Shown one piece after another: positions 61,720 through 64,000 of a stretch of DNA of 64,000 nucleotides. The notes beneath the pieces are model-generated. The model was given only the letters and a program-made list of their open reading frames with translations, was not told where the DNA came from and did no database searches. The stretch is from Lama guanicoe (Eukaryota), in the NCBI GenBank assembly GCA_013239625.1, contig MU053216.1, forward strand, positions 806,001-870,000, in the 5' to 3' direction. Every line of letters begins with the position of its first letter. The first letter of the stretch is position 1. A program made the translations under genes and the position numbers.

Positions 61720-61895
61720 GTTAAGTTGAAGTCTAGTCAGTTTACAATGTTGCGTCAATTCCTGGTGCCCAGCATCGTGTCTCGGTCATGCACGCACACA
61801 CACACACGTTTGTTTTCATGTTCTTTTCGTTATAGGTGACGACACGGCACTGAGCAGAGCTCCATGCACCCTACGCAAGACACCTGTTTTTATCT
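61720..61895 (-). mobile_element. Camelid/artiodactyl L1 3' end, 5'-truncated
   Basis: ttgaagtctagtcagtttacaatgttgcgtcaattcctggtgcccagca...ttttcatgttcttttcgttataggt is the reverse complement of an L1 terminus. Confidence 0.8.
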
Positions 61896-63529
61896 CTCTC
61901 CCTTCCTCTTGTCTCTGGCCTTTTCAGGCTCAGAGGACAGGCTCCCCGACGAAGCACAGGCAGACCCCAAATCTCTCCCCCATCCCGCCCGTCAAAGAGC
62001 GTGCGATATCCTTGCCCGAGATGGACCCTGTGACCTCAGCCAGGGCGGGAGCAGAGGCGGTGCGGGGACCCTGCCCCTCCCCTGAGACCCCGAGGAAGCA
62101 GTGGCGCTCTGCCGTCTACCAGACCCTTCAGACAGAGCTGGGGAGGCTGGTCCTCCCGCCCAGCCCAGGGGCTCCCGCAGCCGGTCTGCGGGACGGCAAA
62201 GCGAATGTCCTCTCGCCCGCCCATCGGATGGTAATCGTGAGCGGTACCGGGTGGGTGAGGTCATCAGGCCCGCGCGATGTTGCACACACATGAGGAAGCC
62301 ATTACTGACAAAACTGCAGATGTGAAAATAGAGCTGCACATAGTTTCCTGGTTACCACATGCTAGTGCTGATGGACTTTTAGTGCCAGCGAAATGTGGCT
62401 TCCTTCTGGCCCCCGCCACAGCCCACCTCCCCGCACGTGCGCTCACTGTGGGAGGCGTGGCTGACTTTCTAGACGCCCCGTGTCTCCCCCACGACCCTCC
62501 TCCCCAGGGCTCACCGCGGAAGGGGGGTGATGCTATCCTGACCACCGCTGGGGGCCGGGCCGGCGCAGGACCAACAGAGCCAGCTCCAGGCCGAGAGGGA
62601 CACCCGCCACCCCCTGCAGGGGACAAAGAAGGCCGGGCCAGCCGTCACCGGTGTCCAGTGACATCAGGGTCAGGCTGTGTCCAAGCCCCAGCTTTGCCAC
62701 TGGAGCAGGGCCCTGAGACGAGGCTGAGAGACAAACCCTCCAGACAGGCTCAGGTTTGCCAAAGCAAGTCCTCTCCTTTCTTGGGATGAACCCTCCTTGC
62801 AAGCTGAAGGGTGGTGCTGGTTCCCTACAGGGCAGAGTCTCGGGCACCTCTGCAGCGGACCACAGCCGTCCTCTAGGCGCGTCTTAATGGTGCAAGCAAA
62901 TGCACACACACCCCTAAACCCTGCAAGGAGCAGAATCGGACCCCCTGGGGCCTGACCCACGCACACAAGGCGCTCGCCCACCTCTCCTCACCCCTCCACC
63001 CAGACACCTCCTGAGACCTGCTGCGACGCGACGGCCGTGCCTCGGCCCGCGGCCCTCGGGGAGCACCACTCGCTTGTTCGTGAATCGGGGGCCTCCTCGG
63101 GAGGCGCACATTCTGGTTCCCAAGGTGCTGAGGTGCCGTGAACAGCACTGTGCGCGTCGGGGGTGGGGTTCTGGCTACAGGAGGCTGTGGGGAGGTGGCC
63201 GCATGGGCGTGGCCTGCTGATGTGGGTCTAGGGGAGGGAGCGCACGGCGGGCCACTGGTCAGGTGGCCCTGCACTGCCTCCCAGCTACACACGCAGCACC
63301 TTCCAGGATAAACAGGATGCCCGCTGGCCGCTTTCCTTCCCTGACTTGCTCGGGGGTGGGAGGGCCAACCCTGCAAGGAGTCAGGTGTGGCGAGAACTCT
63401 AAGTGCAACTAATAGGTCGCGGCCTTGGCGTGAAGAGATGTGGCCGTTTGGCCGGGCCACTCCTCCCACGTGGACGGTGAGAGAGTTCTGGTCCAGCGGC
63501 CTCTCCCCCAGAAGTCTGCCCTCACTTAC

Positions 63530-63633
63530 CCCTGCACGGGAGGCTCTCCTCAGTCCCGCCGGGGGGGCCAGAGTAGCCATCAGGAGCCCAGCTGCCCTGG
63601 CAGAGGGGGCCAGGTTCCTGGTCTGTCTGCGCC
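63530..63633 (-). CDS. NAV1: Probable upstream 104-nt NAV1 exon of a long isoform (AQTDQEPGPLCQGSWAPDGYSGPPGGTEESLPCR)
   Basis: Branch-like TGAC followed by cacccttttgtgtcccgcag| acceptor. Consensus donor GG|GTAAGT. Open frame ending in phase 1, which joins the 48454 acceptor as G+AC (Asp), in frame with DARIVHALLAGR-M. Confidence 0.72.
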
Positions 63634-64000
63634 CTGCGGGACACAAAAGGGTGGTCACTCATGGTGGAGGCTGCCCTGGCCTCAAAGCCTCTCCCCGGGG
63701 CTATGGAAACCCCTTGAAACCTGGTTCTTCCCCTCTGCTGTACCCTGCACCCCTCTGAACTGGGCCCCCAGTGGGCACACATGTGCACCCCAGCGAGCAG
63801 CAGGCCTTCTAGGCAAAATGAGGCTGGGTCGGGGGTGGGGGCACCCCGTGTCACCAGGACACCTGATGCCAGTGGCCCTTTAGTGTCTACCGATTCCTAG
63901 GAACATGAGTCACCCATGGGGCAGGCAGCAGGACCCCCAGTGACGCTGGGCCTTGGGTCCCACGTCCTGCTGTGCACCCTGCCCTCCGGCTGTACACACG

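Noticed and set aside
63914-64000. ATG G|GTGACT on the minus strand as an upstream exon giving an MDARIV start
   Set aside because: Weak donor and no acceptor visible in the window. The 63530-63633 exon has much better signals and the right phase.

Overview
GC-rich mammalian genomic DNA, most likely from a camelid (three Vic-1-type tRNA-derived SINEs and camelid/artiodactyl-type L1 ends). The whole window lies inside the 5' part of NAV1 (neuron navigator 1) on the minus strand. Three coding exons are unambiguous: 48454/48419-47672, 4979-4877 and 789-427. They are joined by phase-compatible GT-AG introns of 42.7 kb and 4.1 kb. A fourth, 104-nt exon at 63633-63530 splices in frame onto an acceptor 35 nt upstream of the classic start codon, which implies an N-terminally extended isoform. 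The rest is intron containing old L1, L2, MIR, MaLR and hAT fragments, a CpG island over the ATG exon and five N-runs. I see no CRISPR array, prokaryotic system or new protein-coding gene; the other ORFs in the track look like chance products of high GC content. The best leads are: the in-frame upstream exon, many RFX X-boxes including two tight pairs, a divergent pair of near-perfect CTCF sites around a possible internal promoter, candidate cryptic exons near 31 kb, and strong AT-to-GC erosion of the repeats. Comparisons with human NAV1 and repeat consensus sequences are from memory and need checking by alignment.
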